Positions 18,999-28,178 of a stretch of DNA of 64,000 nucleotides are shown here, piece after piece. The stretch spans positions 96,001-160,000 of the forward strand of contig JBGPFC010000004.1 of assembly GCA_041483195.1 (NCBI GenBank), written 5' to 3'. The position numbers and the translations under genes were made by a program. Numbering within the stretch: the stretch's first letter is position 1; each line of letters begins with the position of its first letter. The stretch comes from Candidatus Eiseniibacteriota bacterium (GTDB taxonomy: Bacteria > Eisenbacteria > RBG-16-71-46). Below the pieces are notes generated by a model. That model saw only the letters and a list, made by a program, of their open reading frames with translations. It did no database searches and was not told where the DNA came from.

Positions 18999-20124
18999 CC
19001 CGCGCGCGCGCATGGAGCGCCGGCTGCTGCAGGCGGCGTTGTGGCGCAAGCGCAGCACCGTCGCGCTCGCGATCGTCGCGGTCGCGATCGGGGCGTCGGT
19101 CGCCTCCGCCCTGCTGCATGTCTCGGGCGACGTCTCGCGCAAGCTCACGCGCGAGCTGCGCGCGCTCGGGCCGAATCTGATCCTGGTCTCGAGCCCCGAA
19201 GCCGGGGCCGGCGCGGCCGCGACCGCTTCCGGGTTTCTCGATGAAGGCGTGGCGCGCGAACGCCTGGCCGCGGCCGGCATCGAAGGCGCCGCCCTGCTGG
19301 TGGTGATGGCCCGCGTCGGCGATCAACCGGTGCAGATCGTGGGCGCGGACCTCGCGGCGCTCAGGCGCCTGCACCCGTCGTGGCGGATCGCCGCCGGCGC
19401 GCAGGGTTCGCTCATGGGCGCTCGGCTCATGAAGCGGCTCGCGGTGCGCGCCGGCGATTCGCTCACCGTCGCGTTCGCGGAAGGCGGCAACGTGCTGCGG
19501 CTCCCGGCCGGCGCGCGGCTCGAGGCCGGCGGCGCCGACGACGAAGCCTGGTGGATCCCGCTGGCCGATGCCCAGTCGCTCGCGGGTCTCGAGGGACGCG
19601 TGAGCCTGGTCGAAGCGCGGATCGAGGGCGACGCCGGCGCGGCGGCCGGCACGGTCGCGTCGCTCGAGCGCGGCGGCGGCACGCACGCGCTGTTGCTCCA
19701 CGCGCTCTCCGCGACCGAGGCCGGGCTGCTCGCCCGCATGCGCCGCCTGATGGCGATGGTCACCATCGCCGCGCTGGTGGCGGCCGGGCTCTGCGCGTTC
19801 GGCACCCTCACCGATCTCGCGCTCGAACGGCGCCGCGAGATCGCGCTCATGAAGGCGCTCGGCGCCTCGCGCCGTGAAGTCGTGCGGCAGCTCGTCACCG
19901 AGTCGCTCGCGATCGGGTTGATCGGCGGCCTCTGCGGGTGGCTGCTCGGCCTGTTCTTCGCGCAGGTCATCGGCCGCGAGGTGTTCCACTCCGCGATCGC
20001 CGTGCACTGGCAGGTGCCGCCGTTGGTGCTCGCGCTCTCGCTCGCGATCGCGGGGCTCGCGAGTCTGGGTCCGGTGCAGCTCGCGCTCGCGATCGAACCC
20101 GCCGCCGCGCTGCGGGGGGAATGA
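18991..20124 (+). CDS. ABC transporter permease, MacB/FtsX type
   Basis: ELRALGPN and ERRREIALMKALGAS; four TM helices; overlaps the previous gene. Confidence 0.85.
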   Translation: MASPRARMERRLLQAALWRKRSTVALAIVAVAIGASVASALLHVSGDVSRKLTRELRALGPNLILVSSPEAGAGAAATASGFLDEGVARERLAAAGIEGAALLVVMARVGDQPVQIVGADLAALRRLHPSWRIAAGAQGSLMGARLMKRLAVRAGDSLTVAFAEGGNVLRLPAGARLEAGGADDEAWWIPLADAQSLAGLEGRVSLVEARIEGDAGAAAGTVASLERGGGTHALLLHALSATEAGLLARMRRLMAMVTIAALVAAGLCAFGTLTDLALERRREIALMKALGASRREVVRQLVTESLAIGLIGGLCGWLLGLFFAQVIGREVFHSAIAVHWQVPPLVLALSLAIAGLASLGPVQLALAIEPAAALRGE

Positions 20125-20125
20125 G

Positions 20126-21211
20126 ATGGCGGCCATCCGGGTCCGACTCGACGGCGTGTCGCGCCACTACGGAAGCCTCAAGGCGCTCGACCGCGTCGAC
20201 CTCGAGATCCGAGCCGGAGAATGGCTCGCGGTGATGGGGCCGTCGGGCTCCGGCAAGAGCACGCTCGTCAATCTGCTGGGCGCGCTCGACCAGCCTACCG
20301 CCGGGCGCATCACCGTCGACGGGATCGACATCACGGCGCTGGGCGAGAGCGAGCGCGGCCGATTCCGGCGCGAGAAGGTGGGCGTGATCTTCCAGCAGTT
20401 CCACCTCTTTCCGTATCTGGACGCGGTCGAGAACGTGATGGTCGCTCAGCATTTTCATTCGGTCGCGGACGAGGGCGAGGCGCTCGAGGCGCTCGCGCGA
20501 GTGGGCCTCGCGGATCGCGCGCGTCATCTGCCCTCCCAGCTCTCGGGCGGCGAGCAGCAGCGGGTGTGCGTCGCGCGCGCGCTCATCAACGCGCCGCGCC
20601 TGATCCTGGCGGACGAGCCCACCGGCAACCTCGACGCCGAGAACGAGGACCGTGTGCTGCGGCTGCTCCAGTCGCTCCACGCCGAAGGCCACACGCTGGT
20701 CACGGTGACCCACGCGGCCAAGGTGGGGAACCTCGCCGATCGCCGCGTCGAGCTGCGGCATGGCGCGCTCGCCGATCTCACCGTGCCCAACGAGGAGATC
20801 GAGCGCCGCTACGACGAGGTGCTGGTGCAGATGTGGACTCTGATCGAAGACCGCCGCGTGCCGGACGCCAACCGGGTGCGCGTGCCCGACGTCGTGGACA
20901 ACCGCCGCACGCTGCTCGGCATGGTCGAGAGCGGCCTCATCCAGCAGGACGGCGCGTCGCTCGACTTCACCCCGCGCGGGCGGATCGCGGCGCGGGACCT
21001 GGTGCGCCGCCGGCGGCTGGCCGAGGTGCTGTTCTCCTCAGCGCTGCATCTCTCGGCCCCCGAGGTCGAGAACGTGGCCTGCCGGATGGAGCACATCATC
21101 GATCCCGAGGTCACGAACTCGATCTGCTCATTCCTCGGACATCCGCGTCAGTGCCCGCACGGCAAGCCCATCCCCTCCGGCCACTGTTGCGAGCTGCCGA
21201 TCATCTCCTGA
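20126..21211 (+). CDS. ABC transporter ATPase (LolD/MacB-like) fused to a DtxR/MntR-like metal-binding dimerisation domain
   Basis: GPSGSGKS, LSGGEQQR and LADEPTGNLD; C-terminal FTPRG...RRRRLAE...ACRMEH...LGHPRQCPHGKPIP. Confidence 0.85.
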   Translation: MAAIRVRLDGVSRHYGSLKALDRVDLEIRAGEWLAVMGPSGSGKSTLVNLLGALDQPTAGRITVDGIDITALGESERGRFRREKVGVIFQQFHLFPYLDAVENVMVAQHFHSVADEGEALEALARVGLADRARHLPSQLSGGEQQRVCVARALINAPRLILADEPTGNLDAENEDRVLRLLQSLHAEGHTLVTVTHAAKVGNLADRRVELRHGALADLTVPNEEIERRYDEVLVQMWTLIEDRRVPDANRVRVPDVVDNRRTLLGMVESGLIQQDGASLDFTPRGRIAARDLVRRRRLAEVLFSSALHLSAPEVENVACRMEHIIDPEVTNSICSFLGHPRQCPHGKPIPSGHCCELPIIS

Positions 21212-21221
21212 GCGCGCGACC

Positions 21222-22058
21222 ATGATCGCCATCGGCTCGCGCGACCTCCCCGCGCTGCGCGCGCCTTACGCCGTGCTCGACGTGCGCGACGACGAAGCCT
21301 TCCGCCGAGGCCACCTCGAGGGGAGCGGCCACGTGCCGGCCGCGGCGCTTCGCGAGCGGCGCGCGGAGCTGCCATCGCGCGAGGCTCCGCTGCTGGTGGT
21401 CGCGGATCTCGGCGCGCGCGCGGCGGCGGCCGCGGCCGACCTCGAATCGCTGGGCTACTCGCGGGTCGCGTGGCTCGACGCGCCGCTCGACGCGGTCGGC
21501 GGCGGGCTCTCGGACCGAGCGCCGGCCGTTCCGCTGTGGCGGCCCGCGCCGTTCCTCGAAGAGGTCCTGCCCCGCCTCCCACGCGCAGGCAAGCCGCGCG
21601 CGCTCGACGTCGCGGCGGGAAGCGGACGGGACTCGGTGTACCTCGCGCTCAACGGCTACGCCGTTGAAGCATGGGACCGCGACGCCGAGGCCCTCGCGCG
21701 GGCCTCCGCGCTCGCCGCTCGCCACGGCGTTTCGATCGAGACCCGCACCATCGATCTCGAGCGCGAGGGGGTGGCGCTTCCCGCCGGGCGCTACGCGCTG
21801 GTGGTCTGCTTCCGCTACCTGCATCGTCCGCTGCTGCCGTCGATCGAGCGCGCGATCGCGCCCGGCGGACATCTCGTGCTCGAGACCTTCCGCGCGGGGC
21901 AGGAACGATTCGGGAAGCCGCAGCGCGAGCGATTCCTGCTGCGGCCCGGTGAGCTGCCGAGCGCGTTCGCGTCGCTCGAGATCGTCCAGTACGCCGAGCT
22001 GGAGCCGGCCGGCGGCCCCGTCACGGCGCGCCTGCTCGCGCGCAAGCCATCGGGCTGA
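21222..22058 (+). CDS. Rhodanese-like domain fused to a class I SAM methyltransferase (TehB-like)
   Basis: VLDVR..EAF..GHLEGS rhodanese signature; ALDVAAGSGRD, VVCFRYL and PGG motifs. Confidence 0.75.
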   Translation: MIAIGSRDLPALRAPYAVLDVRDDEAFRRGHLEGSGHVPAAALRERRAELPSREAPLLVVADLGARAAAAAADLESLGYSRVAWLDAPLDAVGGGLSDRAPAVPLWRPAPFLEEVLPRLPRAGKPRALDVAAGSGRDSVYLALNGYAVEAWDRDAEALARASALAARHGVSIETRTIDLEREGVALPAGRYALVVCFRYLHRPLLPSIERAIAPGGHLVLETFRAGQERFGKPQRERFLLRPGELPSAFASLEIVQYAELEPAGGPVTARLLARKPSG

Positions 22059-22169
22059 GGTGCGCTCCCCGCCTGAACCAGCGGCCGTCGCCCGATCGAC
22101 CGCGCTGGTCGCGAGGCGATCGGGACGGCGTGCATCCCGGGCCGCACAACGGGTATGCTGCCCCACCCC

Positions 22170-23291
22170 ATGAACCGTTCGCCCTCTCCGATCACGGTGA
22201 CGACCGCCGCGCGCAGGCTCGCGGCGCCGCTGCTCGCGTTCGCCATCGCCTCCTGCGCCAAGGGCGGAGCGCGCGGGCCCGGCGGATTCGCCATGCCGCC
22301 CACTCCGGTCGAGGTCGCGGCGGCCCGGTCGCAGTCCGTGCGGGACCAGTTCCGCGCGCTCGGCAGCATCCAGTCCGACGCCACCATCCAGATCGTCAGC
22401 GAGCTGAGCGCGACCGTGACCTCGCTGCCGTTCGAGGAGGGTCATGCGGCGGCCGAGGGCGCGCTGCTCGCGCAGCTCGACGACCGCGAATTTCGGGCCG
22501 AGGCCGAGCGCGCCGAGGCCCAGCGCGATCAGGCGCGGGCCAACTACGAGCGGGCGCTCAAGCTCGCCGCGCAGAACACCATCTCGCCCCAGGAAGCCGA
22601 GGACGCTCACACCGCGCTCAAGGTGGCGGAGGCCGACGCCGCGCTCGCGGGTGCGCGGCTCGAGAAGACCCGGATTCGCGCGCCGTGGCCGGGGCTGGTC
22701 GGCGTGCGCCGCGTCTCCTCCGGCGCCTACCTCAAGGCGGGTGACGTCATCACCGAGCTCACCCGCGTGGACCAGATGAAGGTCGTGTTCTCCGCGCCGG
22801 AGCGCTACGCCTCGCTGCTGCGTCCCGGGGTCGCGGTCGTCATCACCACCCCGCCCTACCCCGACGAGTCGTTCGCCGGCGACGTCAGCGCGGTCAATCC
22901 GGTCGTGGATCCGCAGTCCCGCTCGATCCAGGTGGTCGCTCGCATCCGCAACGCCGCCGGCAAGCTGCGTCCCGGCATGTCGGCCGACGTCGCGGTCACG
23001 CTCGCCGAGCGCACGCGGGCGCTGGTGGTCCCGGACGAGGCGGTGTTCGCGGAGGGCAATCAGAGCTTCGTGTACGTCGTGAAGGACGACAGCACCGTGA
23101 CGCGCACCGCGGTCGTACTCGGCACGCGCGACTCCTCCCAGGTCGAGATCGTCCGCGGCCTCGCAGCGGGAACCCGGGTGGTGCGGGCCGGATACCAGAA
23201 GCTCTACGAGGGCGCGCACATCATGCCGGTGGCCGAGGCGGGCGAGCCCGCCCCGCGGGGCGGCGGCGCGCCCGCGAAGCACGGCCCATGA
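22170..23291 (+). CDS. RND efflux periplasmic adaptor (membrane fusion protein), lipoprotein
   Basis: Lipobox AIASC; IRAPWPG and LRPGMSA motifs. Start at 22155 or 22170. Confidence 0.9.
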   Translation: MNRSPSPITVTTAARRLAAPLLAFAIASCAKGGARGPGGFAMPPTPVEVAAARSQSVRDQFRALGSIQSDATIQIVSELSATVTSLPFEEGHAAAEGALLAQLDDREFRAEAERAEAQRDQARANYERALKLAAQNTISPQEAEDAHTALKVAEADAALAGARLEKTRIRAPWPGLVGVRRVSSGAYLKAGDVITELTRVDQMKVVFSAPERYASLLRPGVAVVITTPPYPDESFAGDVSAVNPVVDPQSRSIQVVARIRNAAGKLRPGMSADVAVTLAERTRALVVPDEAVFAEGNQSFVYVVKDDSTVTRTAVVLGTRDSSQVEIVRGLAAGTRVVRAGYQKLYEGAHIMPVAEAGEPAPRGGGAPAKHGP

Positions 23292-26200
23292 AGCTGAGCG
23301 AGACCTCGATCCACCGTCCGGTGCTCGCGACGGTGATGAGCCTCGCGATCGTGTTGTTCGGCGCGCTCGCCTTCACGATGCTGCCGGTGCGCGAGTACCC
23401 GGACATCGACTCGCCGGTGGTCTCGGTCTCGACCTTCTATCGCGGCGCCAATCCCCAGGTGGTCGAGACCGAGATCACCGACGTGCTCGAGGAACAGCTC
23501 TCGACCATCGAGGGCGTGAAGCTCATCACCTCCTCATCGCAGGAGCAGTTCTCCAACATCACGATCGAGTTCAATCTCAATCGCGACGTCGACAAGTCGG
23601 CCAACGACGTGCGCGACCGGGTGTCGCGGGTGCGCAGCCAGCTCCCGAGCACCTCCGACGAGCCGGTGGTCGCGAAGCAGGACGTCAACGCGCAGCCCAT
23701 CGTGTGGCTCGCCCTCTCCGGGCAGCGGTACTCGACGCTCGAGATCGCGGACGTCGCCAACAACATCCTCTCGGAGAAGCTGCAGCGCCTCGAGGGCGTC
23801 GGCGCGGTGTTCGTGGGCGGCAACCGGCGCTATGCGATGCGCATCTGGATCGATCCCCAGCGGCTCGCCGCCTATGGCCTCACCGTCTCCGATCTGGAGC
23901 GCGCGCTGCGCGCGGAAAACGCGGAGATTCCATCGGGACGCGTCGAGGGCCGCGGCCGCGAGTTCGCGGTGCGCACCCGCGGGGACCTCACCACCCCCGA
24001 GCAGTTCGCGGCGATCGTCGTCTCCCAGCAGGGCGACCGACCGGTGCGCCTCGGCGACATCGCGGTGGTGAAGCTGGGCGCCGAGGACGAGCGCACCATC
24101 GCGCGTTACAACCGCGCGCCGGCGGTGGGCCTCGGCATCGTCAAGCAGCAGAAGGCGAGCACCGTCGAGGTCGCTGACAACGTGCGCAGGGCGCTGCCCG
24201 GGCTGCGCGCGCTGCTGCCCGCCGGGATGGCGCTCGAGGTCGCGTACGACTCTTCGACCTTCATCAAGGACTCCATGCGCGAGGTCGCGCTCTCGCTCGC
24301 GGTGGCGGTGCTCCTGGTGTTCATCGTCATCTTCGTGTTCCTGGGCAGCCTGCGCGCCACGCTGATCCCGGCGGTCGCGATCCCGGTCTCGATCATCGGC
24401 ACCTTCACCGCCACCTACTTCCTCGGCTTCAGCCTCAACATCCTGACGCTGCTCGCGCTGGTGCTCGCGATCGGGCTGGTGGTGGACGACGCGATCGTCA
24501 TGCTCGAGAACATCTACCGCCACATGGAGATGGGCAAGCCGCGGATGCAGGCCGCGCTGGAGGCCGCGCAGGAGATCGGCTTCGCGATCGTCGCGACCAC
24601 CGTGGCGCTGGTCGCCGTGTTCGTGCCGGTGGCCTTCCTCACCGGACGGATCGGCCGGCTGTTCAACGAATTCGGCGTGGCGGTGGCGATCTCGGTGCTG
24701 ATCTCGGGTTTCGTGGCGCTGACGCTCACCCCGATGCTGTGCTCGCGCATCCTGAGGCGGCACACGCTCGGCCACGCGGCGGACGTGCCGGACGATCCGG
24801 AGGCAACGGTCGCCTCCGATGACGCCGGGTTTCCCGCGCGCGGCTGGCGCGCGGCATTCGACCTCGCGTGGGGCCGCTTCGAGCTCGCGTACGCCTCGAC
24901 GCTGCGCTGGGTGGTCCACCACCGCCGCACGGTGCTGGTCGGCGCGCTGGGGGTCACGGCCTCGATCGCCCTCCTGTTCCGCATGCTGCCATCGGAGCTG
25001 GTGCCCAGCGAGGACCGCGGGCTGATCTTCAACATCCTGTTCGCCCCGGAGGGCTCGACGCTCGAATACACGGACCGCTACATGCGGGTCGCGGAGGCCA
25101 TCTACGACGGCGTGCCGGAGAAGGAGAGCATGTTCACCGCGGTGGGGCTCTCGGGCGGCGGCGGCGGCCGCGTGACCGACGGCTTCATGTTCGTGCGGCT
25201 CAAGCGGCCCGATCAGCGCAAGCGTTCGCAGCAGCAGATCGTGACCTCGCTGTTCCCGCGCATGCTCGGCATTCCGGGCGTGCTCGCGATCCCGATCAAC
25301 CCGCCGAGCCTGGGCGGCGGGTTCGGACGGCCGGTGCAGTTCGTGCTGCAGGCCGAGACCTACGACCAGCTCCAGAGCGCGGTCGGGATCATGATGGCCG
25401 AGGCGCAGAAGCTGGGCTACCTGCTCAACCTCGACACCGACCTCAAGCTCAACAAGCCACAGCTCGAGGTGCAGATCGACCGCGACCGCGCGGCCGAGCT
25501 CGGGGTCTCGGTGGCCGACATCGGAAACACGCTCCAGACGCTGCTCGGGGGGAGCCAGGTCACGCGCTTCAAGCTCGGCAACCACCAGTACGAGGTCATG
25601 CTCCAGCTGCCGCCCCGTGACCGCTCCAGCCCCTCGATGATCGACGGGCTCACGGTGCGCGGGCGCGAGGGGCTGGTGCAGCTCGCGAGCGTCGTGAAGG
25701 TGGTCGAGAAGGTCTCGCCCCGCGAGCTCAACCACTTCAATCGCGTGCGCTCCGCGACGCTGGTCGCGAACCTCGCCCCCGGCGTCACCATCGGCAAGGC
25801 GCTCGACGATCTGCGCGGCGTCGCGCGCCGGGCGCTCCCGGCCGGGGTCCGCACCGATCTGGCGGGCGAGTCGCGCGAGTTCGCGGAGTCGAGCGGCGGC
25901 CTCTACTTCCTGTTCGTCATCGCGCTGGTGTTCATCTTCCTCGTGCTCTCCGCCCAGTTCGAGAGCTTCGTGCACCCGCTCACCATCCTGCTCTCGGTGC
26001 CGCTCGCGGTGTTCGGCGCCCTGGTGTCGCTGTACGCGCTCCACATGACGCTGAACATCTACTCGCAGATCGGGCTCATCATGCTGATCGGGCTGGTGAC
26101 GAAGAACTCGATCCTGATCGTCGAATACGCCAACCAGCGGCGCGCGCGCGGGATCGAGCTGATCGAGGCGGTGATGGGCGCCGCGCGCGTCCGGTTGCGT

Positions 26201-26476
26201 CCCATCCTCATGACCACGCTCTGCACGGTGTTCGGCGTGATGCCGATCGCCCTCGGACTCGGCGCCGGCGCAGAGTCCCGCAAGCCGATGGGCGTCGCCG
26301 TGGTGGGCGGCATGCTGTTCTCGACGTTTCTCACGCTGGTGGTGGTGCCGGTGGTGTACACGCTGCTCGCGAGGTGGGCGGGCGCGCCGAAGGCGGTGAC
26401 GGCTCCGGCCCGCGAGACGCCGGACGCTCCCGCCGCCGCCGCCGCGCTTGCGCGCGGCGCGGCCGAACCCTTCTAG
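23288..26476 (+). CDS. RND efflux permease (AcrB/MdtC family)
   Basis: SIHRPV, LPVREYPDID, GLVVDDAIV, KNSILIVE and RLRPILMT; 1062 aa. Confidence 0.95.
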   Translation: MKLSETSIHRPVLATVMSLAIVLFGALAFTMLPVREYPDIDSPVVSVSTFYRGANPQVVETEITDVLEEQLSTIEGVKLITSSSQEQFSNITIEFNLNRDVDKSANDVRDRVSRVRSQLPSTSDEPVVAKQDVNAQPIVWLALSGQRYSTLEIADVANNILSEKLQRLEGVGAVFVGGNRRYAMRIWIDPQRLAAYGLTVSDLERALRAENAEIPSGRVEGRGREFAVRTRGDLTTPEQFAAIVVSQQGDRPVRLGDIAVVKLGAEDERTIARYNRAPAVGLGIVKQQKASTVEVADNVRRALPGLRALLPAGMALEVAYDSSTFIKDSMREVALSLAVAVLLVFIVIFVFLGSLRATLIPAVAIPVSIIGTFTATYFLGFSLNILTLLALVLAIGLVVDDAIVMLENIYRHMEMGKPRMQAALEAAQEIGFAIVATTVALVAVFVPVAFLTGRIGRLFNEFGVAVAISVLISGFVALTLTPMLCSRILRRHTLGHAADVPDDPEATVASDDAGFPARGWRAAFDLAWGRFELAYASTLRWVVHHRRTVLVGALGVTASIALLFRMLPSELVPSEDRGLIFNILFAPEGSTLEYTDRYMRVAEAIYDGVPEKESMFTAVGLSGGGGGRVTDGFMFVRLKRPDQRKRSQQQIVTSLFPRMLGIPGVLAIPINPPSLGGGFGRPVQFVLQAETYDQLQSAVGIMMAEAQKLGYLLNLDTDLKLNKPQLEVQIDRDRAAELGVSVADIGNTLQTLLGGSQVTRFKLGNHQYEVMLQLPPRDRSSPSMIDGLTVRGREGLVQLASVVKVVEKVSPRELNHFNRVRSATLVANLAPGVTIGKALDDLRGVARRALPAGVRTDLAGESREFAESSGGLYFLFVIALVFIFLVLSAQFESFVHPLTILLSVPLAVFGALVSLYALHMTLNIYSQIGLIMLIGLVTKNSILIVEYANQRRARGIELIEAVMGAARVRLRPILMTTLCTVFGVMPIALGLGAGAESRKPMGVAVVGGMLFSTFLTLVVVPVVYTLLARWAGAPKAVTAPARETPDAPAAAAALARGAAEPF

Positions 26477-27108
26477 TCGCGCTTCAGACGGCGGCCGATC
26501 ACGTCGACCACGACGTAGAGCGCGAGCATCACCGTGGCGGCCGCGACGAACCACAGCAGCTTCGTGCGCATCAGGTGGCCCAGCGCGTCCGGGTTGTCGA
26601 GCAGGCCCGGCTGGTCCGCCAGCACCCGCGCGCCGAACCACGCGAGCACCGTCGACCACAACCCGGAGCCGATCAGCGTCGTCACCGAGAAGCGCGCGAA
26701 AGGCATGCGCGCCGCGCCGGCGGGCAGCGACACCAGGTGCCGCACCACCGGGAGCAGCCGCGCGAAGAAGATCCCCGCCGTCGAGTAGCGGTTGATCCAG
26801 CGCTCGGCGAGCATCCACTTGCTCTCGGGCACGAGGACGAAGCGCCCGTAACGCAGGATGAGCGGGCGCCCCACGCCGCGCGCGACGCCGTACGAGAGCG
26901 AGGAGCCGGCCCAGGATCCGAGCGTCGCGGCGATCACGACGCCCCAGAAATTCATCTCGCCATGCGTCGCCCAGTAGGCGGCGGGCGGAACCACCAGCTC
27001 GCTCGGGAGCGGCAGCACGGTGGACTCGATCGCCATGAGCACGAAGATTCCGGCGTAGTGCCAGTCACGGATCAGGTGAAACCACTGGGCGAACAGGTCG
27101 TGGAACAC
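26473..27108 (-). CDS. DedA family membrane protein
   Basis: MAIES..LPLPSE and FFARLLPVVRHLVSLPAG motifs. Confidence 0.92.
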   Translation of the reverse strand: MFHDLFAQWFHLIRDWHYAGIFVLMAIESTVLPLPSELVVPPAAYWATHGEMNFWGVVIAATLGSWAGSSLSYGVARGVGRPLILRYGRFVLVPESKWMLAERWINRYSTAGIFFARLLPVVRHLVSLPAGAARMPFARFSVTTLIGSGLWSTVLAWFGARVLADQPGLLDNPDALGHLMRTKLLWFVAAATVMLALYVVVDVIGRRLKRD

Positions 27109-27120
27109 GCCGCCTCCGGG

Positions 27121-28020
27121 TCAGGGGGTGGACGACGCGCCGCGCTCCGCGCCGGCCGCCTTCGCGGCGAGCGCGGGCCGCGTCTCGTCCCATGCGAAAT
27201 CGTCGCCGTCTGCGACCGGACGCGCGAGCGCGACGTCGGGATCGTGCTCGAGACAGATCCACGCGCGCTCGCGGCACGCCCGCTCGAGCAGCTCGCGCTT
27301 CTCCGCCATGGTCTCGATGGCCGCGACGTCGTAGCCCATCACGTACGGAATGCGCACGTGCGAACGGGTGGGAATGAGATCGGCGACGAAGTAGAGAACG
27401 CCCTCCGGACCCGAGACGCGCACCAGCTGCTGCCCGCGGGTGTGACCGTCGGCGGTGAAGAGCTCGATGCCCGGCCATGGCGCCTGCGGGCCGTCCCAGA
27501 GCGTGAGCACGCCGGCGTCCATGAGCGGCACGTAGTTCTCGGGCAGATAGGACGCGCGCTCGCGCGGGTTGGGCGATCGCGCGTTTTCCCAGTTCTTTCG
27601 CTGCACGTAGTAGCGCGCGCGCGGCAGGCGCGGCACCAGCCGCTCGCCATCGCGGCGCGTCGAGCCCCCCGCGTGGTCGAAGTGCAGGTGCGTCAGCAGC
27701 ACGTCGGTCACGTCCGCCACCCCGAGCCCGAGCGCCGAGAGCGAGCGTTCGAGGGTGTGCGGCTCGAGCTCCACGCGATAGATCTCCCCGAAGCGCGCCG
27801 GGAACTTGTCGCCGATTCCGTCGTCCACCAGCACCCGCCGGCCCTCGCCATCGAGCAGCAGGCACCGCATCGAGAGCCGGATGCGGTTCCGCTCGTCGGG
27901 GGGATTCGTCCGGCTCCACAGGGGCTTCGGGACCGAGCCGAACATCGATCCGCCATCGAGCCAGAGGCCGCCGGTCTCGAGCGTGTGCACCTGCCAGCCA
28001 CCAAGCGTGAGATGAGCCAT
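27121..28020 (-). CDS. MBL-fold metallo-hydrolase (YtnP-like)
   Basis: LDGGSMFG.VPK.LW, THLHFDHAGG, GHTRGQ, ADL and EHDP. Start at ATG 28020. Confidence 0.9.
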   Translation of the reverse strand: MAHLTLGGWQVHTLETGGLWLDGGSMFGSVPKPLWSRTNPPDERNRIRLSMRCLLLDGEGRRVLVDDGIGDKFPARFGEIYRVELEPHTLERSLSALGLGVADVTDVLLTHLHFDHAGGSTRRDGERLVPRLPRARYYVQRKNWENARSPNPRERASYLPENYVPLMDAGVLTLWDGPQAPWPGIELFTADGHTRGQQLVRVSGPEGVLYFVADLIPTRSHVRIPYVMGYDVAAIETMAEKRELLERACRERAWICLEHDPDVALARPVADGDDFAWDETRPALAAKAAGAERGASSTP

Positions 28021-28178
28021 GGCGGCAGAATCGCCGAAGGGCGATGGACCGTCAACCACCGCGGCTCGCGCCGGGTCCGGACGGCGCCACGACCCGCATT
28101 CCCCCGTGGAGCGGCGTCCGCACGGCTCCTCGTGAGGGACGGAGCGTGCGAACGCCGGCGGCAGGGGCGGGAGGGAAA

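Noticed and set aside
23534..26818. Very long antisense or off-frame ORFs (e.g. 23534-26818, 31991-35236, 46417-49524, 29148-31631, 9528-11996)
   Set aside because: They are shadows of real genes in high-GC DNA where stop codons are rare; the translations are R/A/G/P-rich with no family motifs.
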